Source of the DNA: Novakomyces olei
Lineage: Eukaryota
Reading direction: 5' to 3'
Assembly: GCA_016906335.1 (NCBI GenBank)
Contig: JADEYG010000015.1
Coordinates: 620,001 to 684,000, forward strand
Length of the DNA stretch: 64,000 bases
Shown here: piece after piece, positions 38,757 through 50,715 of the stretch
Layout: every line of letters begins with the position of its first letter
Numbering within the stretch: the stretch's first letter is position 1
Notes under the pieces: generated by a model
Told to the model about the DNA's origin: nothing
The model's database searches: none
Seen by the model: only the letters and a program-made list of their open reading frames with translations
Program-made: the position numbers and the translations under genes

Positions 38757-40129
38757 CTACTCTTGTTCATTATCCCTGTCTGTCTCGTCAATACCCAGCG
38801 TCGAATGCCGCAAGCTCGATTGTGAAGGCTGTTGAGCATGGCCGGCCGATCTTCGATTGCCTCCATTCCCGTTGCCAAAATTACTACTGTTATTGTTTCC
38901 GTTAGAGGCCGATGTGATCATCTCGAGACTCGACATGCTAGACGGTCTCCGTGCATGGTGCTTTGGAGGAATAGCTGGAGGAGGTACAAACCCGTCTTGA
39001 TCAGGGACAGGAGAAGCTGTATTAGCAGTTGATTCTGGAGAATGAGGGTGGTTTCTTCCAGTTCCTACTCCTGCTGCTCCGCCTTGAGCTGCTCCAGCTC
39101 CAAAATTTCTAGCTCCAGCTCCGTGTCGACCAGGGTCCATGCCCCATCCACGATACCCTCCGTTACCTGACTCGTTGGCTGTACCTGTAAAAGCAGGACC
39201 TGATCCGGAATTAGAACCAGTAATCGTGTTGTTTGGCCTGGCTCCTCGCAAAGCTCCTGCCCCAACTGCTCCTGCCCCAACTGCTCCCGCTCCAGCAGTA
39301 GCAGCGTCAAACCCAGATCCATTGGCTCCATTAGCAGCTGCAGAGCCAGTATTAGCTCCATTAGATCCGCCTCTAGTAACACCGGCAGTGTTTCCGTCCG
39401 GGTGAGGATTGTCAAAGTTAGGGTTGAACCCGTACTCCTCCGCCTCTTTTCTCCGTAGATCCAAGGCTGCCTGGTGGCTCTTGTGCCTCCGCCATAGGAA
39501 CCATATCAGCCCAAGGATTAAGAGGACCCCAACGACGGGAATAACGACGGCTACGGCTATTAGCCCTCCGCCGTGAAGGCCGCTGCGATGGTGGCTGATG
39601 GATCCTGAGCTTGGATCGGTAGATGAGGCTCCAGGCCGATCAGAGTCGACCGTGGGAGAGGAAGATGCTAATCTTGTTGATCGCTGAGATAAAGTTGATG
39701 ACGGCGAGGAGGAAGAAGCGGGAGGAGCGAGGGAGGTGAGCGTAGATACTACAGGCGAAGAAGAGGCACTCTGAGTTTCCACAGAGGTTACTGTGACGAT
39801 TATAGGACCATCGCTAGCCGAGCTTGTTAGTGTCGATTCTATAGCAGAAGTCGAGGGCTCAGGCGGGATGGTTGTCGTTATAACAACCGATGACGACGAC
39901 GATGACGAGGCAACGGGGGTCGTCGGGATTGGGACGCTCGATGAGGTGAGTGTAAAACTGGCAGTAGTGAGCCCCGTCGTGGGTACAACAGCAGCTGTTT
40001 GTCAGTATTTAAATTAAAAAGAATTTTTGATCAATAAGACAAGTCAAGTGAAGCGTCTCTTGCATAAGCAAGATAACGGCCGGCCGGCTTGCTGCTGTTT
40101 GGGGACAGGCACTTACTACTGTTTGACAT
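38757..40129 (-). CDS. Ser/Thr-rich single-pass membrane protein (Mid2/Wsc-like topology)
   Basis: Exon 1 ATGTCAAACAGTA|GTAAGT at 40129, acceptor TACTGACAAACAG at ~39995; long S/T-rich region, TM GGLIAVAVVIPVVGVLLILGLIWFLW followed by RRHK, Gly/Asn-rich tail. Confidence 0.75.
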
Positions 40130-40956
40130 GTTTTTTGCGCAATAGCAAAACTGTTACAGGAGCCGAATTATTGCCAGTTCCCTGTTCAATCGATCAATGC
40201 TTTGCGCCAAGAATAGAGTTTCAGTTTGAAAATTGGCTGAAATACGGCACTTGAGCAGATGCAAAGAGCTGCAGTTGCTCAGACTGACAGCGATTTCTCA
40301 ATATCTCGGTCGGCGACTATTGAGTGGCCCTTCTCTATAGCGGAGGCTTTTGTATATCGCGAGACGAACAGCCGTCCAAAGCTCAGCCGAAAGACTCAGC
40401 ACGGCACTGCTCGGAACCTGAGACCAGCCAGGCAAGATCCAGATCAAAGGCTGCCGAGAAAACTCGGCTGCTTGAAAAAAAAGACTAGAGAGAAATTCAG
40501 TAGCGCGAACAAACGAAAAGATCAGTAAAGGGCCGACCGGCCCAATGACGACGGCAACGTGGCACAGTCCTTATACAAAGCCGACGCGTCCAGACGCGGT
40601 ACGCGCGCGAGTTCTGGCGCCCTTGATTGCTTCTTTTTGTATTGTTTCTTTGTCTGCGCTCTGCAGCGCTGACCTCGTGTGAGTGAGTAAATTGTGTATA
40701 ACTCGTCCTCCACATACATTATTACGGCAAACTTCTATATTTAGGCGACTAGTCAGTCCTCAGAGTTGACAAGTCAATTGCCAATGTTTCGGGTTTCTTA
40801 TACGTGCCTTATTCGTCGTTACTTGATCAATCGCCTCTTTGGGACAAACAGGGCTGAACCATTGGACAGTTTCGTATAACTTTACTTTTTCCAGTTTGTT
40901 TATTTTTTTTTTGTTTACATCTTTACAGTATTGCTAAGATATATTATCGGTAATTC

Positions 40957-40990
<34 letters not shown>

Positions 40991-41556
40991 GTCATTTTAT
41001 TTTTTTTTCTGACAAAGCCAACCCACGAACTGGCCGAATCCTCAGACTGTCGTCCCACTGAAGCGCTGCTTTTTATCGTAAAGTCCATAAACGTGCGCGA
41101 CACAGTGCTTCTTCACATGGCCACAGGTTCAATTCTTACGACTACACAATAAACTAAAGAACTCATCATAAACTCTGCAAACAAATTCAATTCCAACAGT
41201 ACGACAGATGTTTCTAATGCACAACAGTATACGAGTTCGAGCAGCAAACACAAACCTAAGCAAAAATATGTCGACGAAATATGGACGGAAAAAGACACGG
41301 AGAAATAATAGTTAGATCAATAAATAGTAAATAAATAAATAAAAAAAAGACTTGGTCTTTATGCCGCTCGTCATGCATTCTCAATCACACATTTTCCACT
41401 CCCATTCACTCACATGCTACCTGCCACGATCATCCTCACAAGTTTTACGTAATCCTCAATCGTTTTTGACTACATTTCTATTTAAAAAGTCAAGAGACTG
41501 TTTTATTTCCTTTCAACCACAAAAAAACCGTACGCCTCCCGCCTTGTATCACACGC

Positions 41557-43752
41557 TCAGCTGACATTACGATTCTCTCTCATTTCCCATGCTGGCCTTA
41601 GAGACTGAAGGGGCTCATTACCAAGACGGTGCCTTGCCGGTTTATCAGGCACTAAATCCAACCGCATCAGACTCTGGCTGTTTGTTATTCCAAGCCCTGA
41701 AACAAAGCCCGACGCTTTGGCAATGGACCCCACATTAGACCCATTGTAATTCGACCCTGTGTCTGAAGCGTTAGGCGACGTGGCCACGCTGCTGCCACTC
41801 ACGTTACGAAACTTTTGTGGGGGCGCAAAGTCGAGAGACGTAAATGTGGAGGACTTGCGAAGTGCGTGCGGAGTTGGCAGCTGCCTTACATCTCCGCCCA
41901 GAATGGGACTCAATGGCGCATTTGCCAGTCGTGCATTTATATTGCTAGAACTCTCTGACCCCTGTACCCCTCTCTTGCGATGCTGTGACGGGGCAGCGTA
42001 GTCCACTTCCGACCCGAGTCCGCCGAGTTTACTGGGCGGAGGCAAATTTTCCAGAGGTCTCAAGGGCGCTGGAGGCGACCTTGGAGACTCGTAGGTCGGC
42101 TGCGCACTCAGAGGCATATTTCTAGGCCCATTCATGCGAGCGGAAAAGTTCGGCCCTCCAGTTTTTATACGCAGATTATTCGGAACTGATTGTGGCAGCC
42201 TTGGTGGAGGTGTCATTACTTGACGGTTAGGCAGGTTCCATTCTTGTGCATTTTGTGTGCCTGCTTGCGACTGGAAATACTCTTGGTAAACGCTTCGGAT
42301 CCGGATTGCTCTTTCCTCATCTGTTTCATCGATTCCGTCTTTTCCGGGAGCGTAATGGCCATCGTACTGCCAGCTATTCGCGTCGGCTGTGTTGCCCAAA
42401 GGTGGAGACTTTTCGTTCATATACCTGACTGCATCATAATCCTCGAGCCCTTGGTTATAATAGGCTGCTGAATTGTGCTTAGCGTAAGCTTGAGCATAGC
42501 CTTCGTCTTGGCGAGTGTATTGGTGATTGTAATTCTCATTGTAATTCTCGTTGTAGTTTTCATTGTAGTTTTCATTGCAGTTTTCATTGTAGCTTTCATC
42601 GGTGTAGTGCTGATCATAGTCATAGCCAGGATCACTTACACCTTCAGCATTTATACGGCCATCGCTCTCCAAACGGCCATTCGCTACCGCTTCTATTCCC
42701 GCCTTGCTATGTCTCGGTGTTGGCTGAACAGAACCCAGAGATTCGGCGATGTACACTGAAGAAGCTGGTCGAGAAGGCTCTGCTGCCTCATCTTTGTCTT
42801 TGCCTTGATGAGCATCGCCGTCAGTAAATGGATCTTTAAGAGGAGCTTCGCTATGAATATCTCTATCAGCCAATTCCTTGGGCACAGGAAGATCCTTTTG
42901 CAAGGGTCTTCCATTAGGGACCGCGTCCCTTTGGACTCCCAATTGCTCTTTATGGGTCTCTTCAAGACCCGAATTGCTTGCCGCCTGGTCCACCATATCC
43001 TCCCGTCCTTCGTCGTCATTATTCGTAACGACTCGGGAAAGTTTTGATTGAGAACGGGACTCGTGCATCGCGGGAGGCGCCAGCAGATTGGTGCTTGAAG
43101 ATGAAGTGTACAGCGACTGAGCTCTTGCTGATAGGGCAGAGTCCTGTGTACTGCTGCGGCGGCCACTGTTAAAACTGGTGGGCGAGCCTGAGCGCATAGC
43201 AAACTCGTCTGCTCCACGAGCCAAAAAGTAAGGCGAAGCAGCACCACCGTCATAAACATTGCGTGAAAGAGCGTTCAAAGAATCTCGAGAAATGGTCTTT
43301 TCATTGGGGGGAACAAACGGCAATTCTACACCATCAATAGCATCATCATCGTCAGCAGGAACCGCAGACTGACGTGGTCCGTCAGCAAATTTGGTCTCGC
43401 CAGGCGGAAAAGTTGCAGAAGCGGTAGAGCGTGAAATACGTGGTTCAGACTCTGCATTCGGTGACAGATTTGAGGCCCTACTGCCTACGAAAAAGCCGCT
43501 GACACGAGACGAAAACGAAGGTTTGGCCGGTTGAACGCTGGCAGTACCTCCGGAAGCCGATGGGTACTGAATGCCATAGTCCAGGCCATCTTCTAAATCG
43601 GCTTTAGCTTCACGCCGAAGACGCCGCTGACTGCGTCGATGCAGGTATAACAGCACAACAAAGGCCACAGCTATTGGGATACATGCTCCAAGGACAATCG
43701 GAAGAGTTTCGTTGTCAGAAGGCCGCTCGTCATGGTCTTTATGTTCGGGCAT
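41557..43752 (-). CDS. Skg6/Tos2-like single-pass membrane protein
   Basis: 731-aa ORF; N-terminal TM (LPIVLGACIPIAVAFVVLLYLHRR); C-terminal islands RIRSVYQEYF, LENLPPPSKL, LPTPHALR; NENY repeats at ~42530-42595. Confidence 0.65.
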   Translation of the reverse strand: MPEHKDHDERPSDNETLPIVLGACIPIAVAFVVLLYLHRRSQRRLRREAKADLEDGLDYGIQYPSASGGTASVQPAKPSFSSRVSGFFVGSRASNLSPNAESEPRISRSTASATFPPGETKFADGPRQSAVPADDDDAIDGVELPFVPPNEKTISRDSLNALSRNVYDGGAASPYFLARGADEFAMRSGSPTSFNSGRRSSTQDSALSARAQSLYTSSSSTNLLAPPAMHESRSQSKLSRVVTNNDDEGREDMVDQAASNSGLEETHKEQLGVQRDAVPNGRPLQKDLPVPKELADRDIHSEAPLKDPFTDGDAHQGKDKDEAAEPSRPASSVYIAESLGSVQPTPRHSKAGIEAVANGRLESDGRINAEGVSDPGYDYDQHYTDESYNENCNENYNENYNENYNENYNHQYTRQDEGYAQAYAKHNSAAYYNQGLEDYDAVRYMNEKSPPLGNTADANSWQYDGHYAPGKDGIDETDEERAIRIRSVYQEYFQSQAGTQNAQEWNLPNRQVMTPPPRLPQSVPNNLRIKTGGPNFSARMNGPRNMPLSAQPTYESPRSPPAPLRPLENLPPPSKLGGLGSEVDYAAPSQHRKRGVQGSESSSNINARLANAPLSPILGGDVRQLPTPHALRKSSTFTSLDFAPPQKFRNVSGSSVATSPNASDTGSNYNGSNVGSIAKASGFVSGLGITNSQSLMRLDLVPDKPARHRLGNEPLQSLRPAWEMRENRNVS

Positions 43753-44584
43753 GAGGCCTGCCCGCGTTGAGCAACGTTTTAGGGGTCGAAGAAAAGAGCG
43801 AGTTCAATTGCTGATTTAGTCAGCAATTGCAAATTAAAAGAATGGACAGTTGTCGAGTCAAAGCTGGCATGTACAAGTCAAACAGACCGTCTAGTCATGA
43901 AAGACGGGTGTAAATCAGGCAGGAAAAAAGACTGCAACAGTTCCCGCCACCAGTCTGACGTGACTAGGCTTAGTTTTCAAGCAATTGCCTCGGAACCCGA
44001 GTTTCTGAGGATCTGTTTTGATACCCTTCGATGTCTCCTAGCTCGAGCCAAATAATACGAGTTTCAAACCCAAAAACACGTGCAGAAAATAGAAAAAGTC
44101 GTCAAGACAATAAAAGAGCGTATGTTTAAAGAAAGAAAAGAGACTTTATGCCTCTACAATGCCAATACACGAAAGCAACGCCGTTCCAAAACCCGTGGAA
44201 TAGACGCGGGTTTGGCGGGTACGCGCAGACTGAAAAATAAATAAATAAGTAAATAGTGTGTTTTTATCCTCGAATATTTATTTTGGCATTATTATTTACT
44301 TTTCTCTATACTTTCTGACTCGTTAAATACTTGATTGCTCGCTTACTTGTACGCGAAACACTTATTGGGTTTCTGGGTGTAAGTCTCGTCGAGATATAAT
44401 TAAAATGATATAAACAACAATATGGAAATAATTATATATTATTGTTATGCAAATGATATGTACATTTTATATAGGGGAACTGACTACTATGGCAATCCTA
44501 AATGAATCTAAATACTAAATGAATCTGTATGATGATAGTCGAGTACTTTTGGCCGCATGTAGCATCTTGCTGGATTGCTTAAAG

Positions 44585-44941
44585 CTATCTCTTGACTGGC
44601 TCAATACGAATCGTAATTTCGGCTGCTGGAGGCTTTTTCCGCTTTTTCAGCACGGAAACAAATGGATTCTCATCTTCATCTTCAATAGCCTCCTGATTCT
44701 CAGCCTCGCCCACTTGAACAGACTGTACAAATCGATCTCCGTTGCTAGTATCAGTAAGGCGGCGTCGTATCACCTCGGCTAGGGACACAGCGCGCACAGA
44801 ATACTGTCCTGATCCCATAATGGCCACTGCCTGTCCTCCTGAAGGAGCTAAAAGATGGGAAACTGCCTTTTCCGCCGCATTGTTGACGCGCACACTGGGG
44901 CCCATGCGGAGGACCAGCTGATCCAGCTTCTGTGTCGCCAT
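44585..44941 (-). CDS. Alba-fold protein, possibly an RNase P/MRP subunit (Pop6/Rpp25-like)
   Basis: 118 aa; VAIMGSGQYSVRAVSLAEVIRRRL and C-terminal PAAEITIRI resemble the Alba pattern. Confidence 0.5.
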   Translation of the reverse strand: MATQKLDQLVLRMGPSVRVNNAAEKAVSHLLAPSGGQAVAIMGSGQYSVRAVSLAEVIRRRLTDTSNGDRFVQSVQVGEAENQEAIEDEDENPFVSVLKKRKKPPAAEITIRIEPVKR

Positions 44942-45810
44942 TCTCCTGAAGCCTTAACGATCATTGGACCATGGCTGCTTGACTGTACTCCAGGAAGACT
45001 GTAATTTGACCCATATGTATACACAGACAATAAGAATAATAAATAATATAGGATGTGACACGAAAATAATATACACTCAAACTAGCAAACACAAAGGGTA
45101 TATTATCCACGATAAATATATGGGCTACGAAATGACCTAATAAACGCGACTCGTTTTGTCGAGTTCACACTATGTCCATTCTACGAGCAATCTCTAGCAT
45201 TAAGTGGTAGTCTAGTGGTCTTTAGAAAAAGACGCTTTAAGTGCGTAATGAGCATACGTGTCGTATGGGCCGTATATTATTCGGAAATGTATATAAAGGC
45301 CAGCCTTGACGCAGCATTGCCCTGCTCTCCTGCAGGGTAAAGCGCAAAGATTAATTAATTAATTAATTAATTGATCAATTAATCAATAGCAGTCATTAGT
45401 AATTTTTTAATTAAATAATCAGTTTCTCTGAATGATGCAAGTAATGAATGACTAATAGCTGCTCACTCACTTTTCATTATATTTCTATTTGCCAGGGTTT
45501 TCCACGCCTACTTGAAACGCAAAATAAAGACCGCTGACTGGCGTGCATATACAGTTTTCCCTGCTTTTGCATTCACCACAGGCCGTTTTCCCGCGTGTGT
45601 AGGCACTGACACGCGTGAGTGCTATATACTTTTGCGTATACCCGTTCCCTTTTGCTTTCTCTGTCGAGGCCAAGTGTCCACGGACTGTATTCCGTGCACG
45701 GACACATCCGAAGCCGTGTACCGTGGAACAAGAACGTGTCTCGTCAAGCATACTATAGAGTATTATAGTCTTTGTGTTTGCTCCGGGACGAGTCTTTAGA
45801 GGGACGCCTG

Positions 45811-48800
45811 ATGGAGGCAATTCTCGATTTTGACCGGGAGCTGGACCTTGGTCTACTGGACCGAGTTGTGCAAACATTCTATTCTGGAAAGGGTACCGAG
45901 CAGGCGCAGGCGCAGGCTGTCCTCACACAGTTTCAGGAGCACCCGGACGCGTGGACACGGGTAGACTCTATTCTCGAACGATCTGCCGATTACCAGACTA
46001 AATGTAGCCCATCTTTATACCTTTGCGAATACTAACTTTGCAGACCTGGCTCTTTCTATTCTCGACAAGTTAATCCAGACACGATGGAAGATCTTGCCAG
46101 CAGAGCAGCGTCAAGGTATGGATTCGTGTTTTGTGTTTTTTGTTCTGGCGTTGATTTATCTGTGTGTTGAGCTGTTCTTTTTTTTTTTTTTTTTTCTCTT
46201 TGGGTCTGCATCATGTAATAACCTCAAGGAATCCGCAATTTTATTGTTGCCGTCATCATTCAGTCGTCCTCAGATGAGGCGTCCCTCACGCGGCAAAAGT
46301 CTTATCTAAACAAATTGAATCTGACGCTTGTACAAATTCTCAAGCAGGACTGGCCTCAAAATTGGCCCAATTTTATACCGGAAATTGTGAGCTCGAGCAA
46401 GGTGAACCTCAATTTGTGCGAAAACAATATGGTTATTCTTCGACTCTTGAGTGAAGAAATTTTTGATTACTCTGCCGAGCAAATGACCCAGAACAAAACC
46501 AAAAACTTAAAAAACCAAATGTGTGGTGAGTTTTCCGAAGTCTTCCAACTCTGTTACGAAGTCTTGCAAAAGGCTCAGAAACCGAGCCTTGTGAAGGCGA
46601 CATTGGACACATTGCTGCGTTTTCTCAACTGGATTCCCCTCGGATACATATTCGAGACTGATATCATTGAAACCTTGCGCGACCGTTTCCTTAAAGTCCC
46701 GGAGTTTCGAAATACTACGCTAAACTGCTTGACCGAAATCGCCGGGCTTCAGGTTCCTGAACAGTACGATCACAAATTTGTGACTCTGATAAATCTTGTC
46801 ATACAAAGCGTACAATCGATAATGCCTCTGTCTGTTGATATAAAAGACGCTTATGAAAACGCTACGGGACCGGATCAAGATTTTATACAAGATCTCTCTC
46901 TCTTCTTAACCGCGTTTTTGGGCACTCATCTAAAGTTGATTGAGACTCCTGAGCACAAGGATGTGAATTTAATGGCACACTTTTATTTAATAAAAATTTC
47001 CCAGGTGGAAGAGAGAGAAATTTTCAAGATTTGCCTGGAATACTGGTCGAAACTTGTAGCTGAGTTGTACGAAGAGATCCAGCGTCTCCCTATTACCGAT
47101 ATGAACCCTATGATGTCCTTGAGCTTGGGCTCTACACTAGCAAATGGTGGTGCAGCAAACCCGACAATGCTAGCAAATATTCCCCTGCGTAAGCACATTT
47201 ATAGCGAAGTTTTATCCAATTTGCGTCTCGTAATGATCGAGCGAATGGTAAAGCCTGAAGAGGTCTTGGTTGTCGAGAATGAAGAAGGTGAGATTGTTCG
47301 TGAATTTGTGAAGGAGAGCGATACAATCACTCTTTACAAGAGTATGCGTGAAGTACTGGTGTACTTGACGCATCTAGATGTCGTTGATACGGAGAATATA
47401 ATGACGGAGAAGCTAAGCCGTCAAATAGACGGAAGTGAGTGGTCTTGGGCAAACTGTAATACTCTTTGCTGGGCCATTGGATCCACTTCGGGCGCCATGA
47501 ATGAAGAGACTGAGAAGCGCTTTCTAGTAACAGTGATCAAAGATCTTTTGGGTCTGACAGAGATGAAACGTGGCAAGGACAACAAGGCAGTAGTGGCCTC
47601 AAACATTATGTACATTGTGGGCCAGTACCCTCGTTTCCTTAAAGCACACTGGAAGTTTCTAAAAACTGTGGTGAATAAACTATTTGAGTTTATGCACGAG
47701 CTGCACGAGGGTGTGCAGGACATGGCATGCGATACATTTATTAAAATTGCACAAAAATGTCGGAGGCATTTCGTCTGCCAGCAAAGCGGTGAATCCGAAC
47801 CATTTATCAATGAAATTATTAGAAACCTGGACAAGACCACGGCTGATCTGTCCCCGCAGCAAGTTCACACATTTTACGAGGCCTGTGGGTATATGGTGTC
47901 AGCCCAACCGCAAAAGCAGATACAGGAGCGACTTATTGCAGACCTAATGGCTCTGCCTAATTCCGTCTGGGACAACATTATTCAGGCTGCTGGTCAGAAT
48001 GTAGATGTGCTGAGCGACTCAGATACTATTAAGCTTATTGGAAATATCTTGAAAACAAACGTGGCTGCTTGCAGCTCAATTGGAGCCTATTTCTATCCGC
48101 AAATTGGAAAAATATACATGGACCTCTTGGGCCTTTATAAGGCAGTGAGTGGAATAATTTCTGATACAGTGGCCGCGGATGGAATGGTAGCTACGAAGAC
48201 ACCGAGGGTTCGTGGACTGCGAACAATTAAGAAGGAGGTTTTGCACTTGGTGGAAACATACGTGACTAAAGCTGAAGACTTGGAGCTTGTTGCAAACGCT
48301 CTAGTGCCGCCGCTCTTGGAGGCAGTACTAACGGATTACCAGCAAAACGTACCCGAAGCTCGAGATGCAGAAGTGCTAAACGTGATGGCCGTGATTGTAT
48401 CCCGTTTGCACGTGCATATTACCGACAAGATTCCGATTATTCTTCAATCAACGTTTGAATGCACCCTGTTGATGATCAGTAAAGACTTTTCCGAATTCCC
48501 AGAGCACCGTGTCGCCTTTTTCAAGCTCTTACGTGCCATTAATTTGAGCTGTTTTCCCGCACTGATGCCATTGCCGGCTCCGCAATTCAAGCTGGTAATG
48601 GACAGCATTGTATGGTCGTTCAAGCATATCGGGAGAGACATTCAAGAAACTGGGCTGAACATTCTTCTGGAAATGATCAACAATTTTTCAAATACAGATG
48701 CGGCCACTGCGAGTGCCTTTTACCAGACTTATATGCTCAGTTTGCTGCAGGATATCTTTTTCGTGCTCACGGATAGTGATCACAAGGCAGGATTTAAACT

Positions 48801-49212
48801 TCAGAGCCATATATTAGCGAGACTGTTCTACATTGTTGAGTCGGGCCAGGTGCAGGCGCCCTTATACAATCCCGTGCAAACGAATGGAAAATATGTGAGC
48901 AATGCAGAATTCCTGCGTGGCTTTGTAGCGGATCTATTGCACAACGCTTTCCGGCATTTGAGCGCGGCCCAGATTGATGCTTTTGTCGACGGATTATTTG
49001 CTTATAATCAGGATTTGGTGAAATTCAAGCTCCATCTTCGTGACTTTTTGATACAGCTGAAGGAGTTTGCTGGTGAGGACAATGCAGAATTATACCAGGA
49101 GGAAAAAGAAGCCGAGATTGCGGAGCAGCAGCGATTGGAGCGTGAAAAGGCAATGAATGTTCCAGGGATGATAAAACCTTCCGAAATTCAAGTGGAGGAG
49201 GAAGAGCTATGA
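45811..49212 (+). CDS. CRM1: Exportin-1
   Basis: MEAILDFDRELD, QFQEHPDAW, LCENNMVILRLLSEEIFD, MVKPEEVLVVENEEGEIVRE, YIVGQYPRFLKAHWKFLKTVVNKLFEFMHE; two 5' introns. Confidence 0.97.
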
Positions 49213-49575
49213 CTTGACGATAAAGAGGCTGCCGCTAAGGCATCTGTGCTAGATCTACCTCCTCGGCATCTGCTAGTGGAACCTACGGATGAATGGGCTG
49301 AAGGATGGTGGTGTTGACGATTTCAAAAATCAAGACATTACATATGATTTATATATTTACGCAAAATAACCCCAAACTAGTCGATCAACGTGTCTTTTTG
49401 TGACAAGGGGCGGGTAAAACGTGCTCTTTGCAGTTTGTTTACTGGTAGAGGTTTTAATATTAAAAATTGTGTATGAGACTTGGTCCATTAATAAAGCAAA
49501 CAGAGCAAGTCGAAATTGTGGACATTTCTTTGCTTTCCGCATCAGCGCTTGACTCTCCAATTTAAGCGTCAACGC

Positions 49576-50662
49576 TTATTTCCTGGTGTGGGCAGCCGGG
49601 CGGATATACTTTCTGATAGCGTCTCTGACATAGACGGGCGCCTTGTCAGGCCCAGGAACGCTGCCTTTGACGAGAATGACCCCGAGATCTGTATCGACCT
49701 GCAAGACGCGTAGACTGTGAACAGTGACAAATTTACCGCCCATCCTTCCAGCCATCTGTAGTGTTAGCATTCGTCTCGGCAGCAGTCATTGTGGAGCAAG
49801 ATTGTAGCGGTATAATAAAGCGCGCCCAAGTCTAGCCAGTTTTAATAATTCCTACTAGTAGTTCCTACTAGTGATTCTCACTAGTAATTCCTACTAGTAA
49901 ATCTCACTAGTAATTCCTACTAGTAATTCCTCTAGTAATTCCTCTAGTAATTCCTACCTTTTTCCCGGGCAAAACTCTTCCCGGAGTCTGATTCTGGCCG
50001 GTAGACCCAGCGGATCTGTGTGACAGCGAGTGGCCATGCGAGGCCGGAAGGCCCTTGAACCCGTGCCTCTTCATCACTCCAGCGAACCCTTTCCCCGTAC
50101 TTTTGGCCTGCACGTCAATGTACTCGCCCTCCTTGAACCAGTCGCTCGGGATCACTGTGCCCGAGGGCAAAAGGCCCTCTGGTCCACTGACCTGGAACTC
50201 GTGGATGAACCGCTTCGGCGCTACATTGCCGTGGGTAAAGTGGCCAAGCAGAGGCCAATTAATCTGGTCCGGCCGCCTCAGTCCTGCGCCAATTTGGACG
50301 GCATAGTACTTGTCACCACTCCTCCGGCTCTTGCTCTGGACTACTTGCACTCGATCAAACTCGAGCACTGTGGCCGCGTGCAGTACTCCCTCTTCGTCAT
50401 AGATACCCGTCATTCCGCGCTTAATAAGAATCGCACCTGAACGATGTGGCAACTGCCTCCGCCCGTGCGCCACCACGTGCGCTGACTCGAGTAGTGTGCG
50501 TTGGCGTACTTGCACCTGCTTTTTGGCTGGCAATAGAGGAATCCCACTAAACCGGTCGAGTGCCGTTTGTGCCGCTTGTGCCGAGCGGGCCGAGCGGGTA
50601 CAGCCCGCAGTAAAGTGCCGTTTGGCTGACGCGCAAACGCGGAACGCGCGGATGCGTATCAT
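49576..50662 (-). CDS. MRPL9: Mitochondrial ribosomal protein uL3m
   Basis: Arg-rich presequence, [49 protein letters not shown]; intron 49957-49756. Confidence 0.93.
49845..49957. repeat. 12-13 bp intronic minisatellite (ACTAGTAATTCCT), ~8-9 copies
   Basis: Directly visible at the 5' end of the MRPL9 intron. Confidence 0.9.
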
Positions 50663-50715
50663 TGCAGAAAATTGCCGCTCGCCTGTACGTCTCTGCCTGA
50701 AAATAAGTGCAATTT

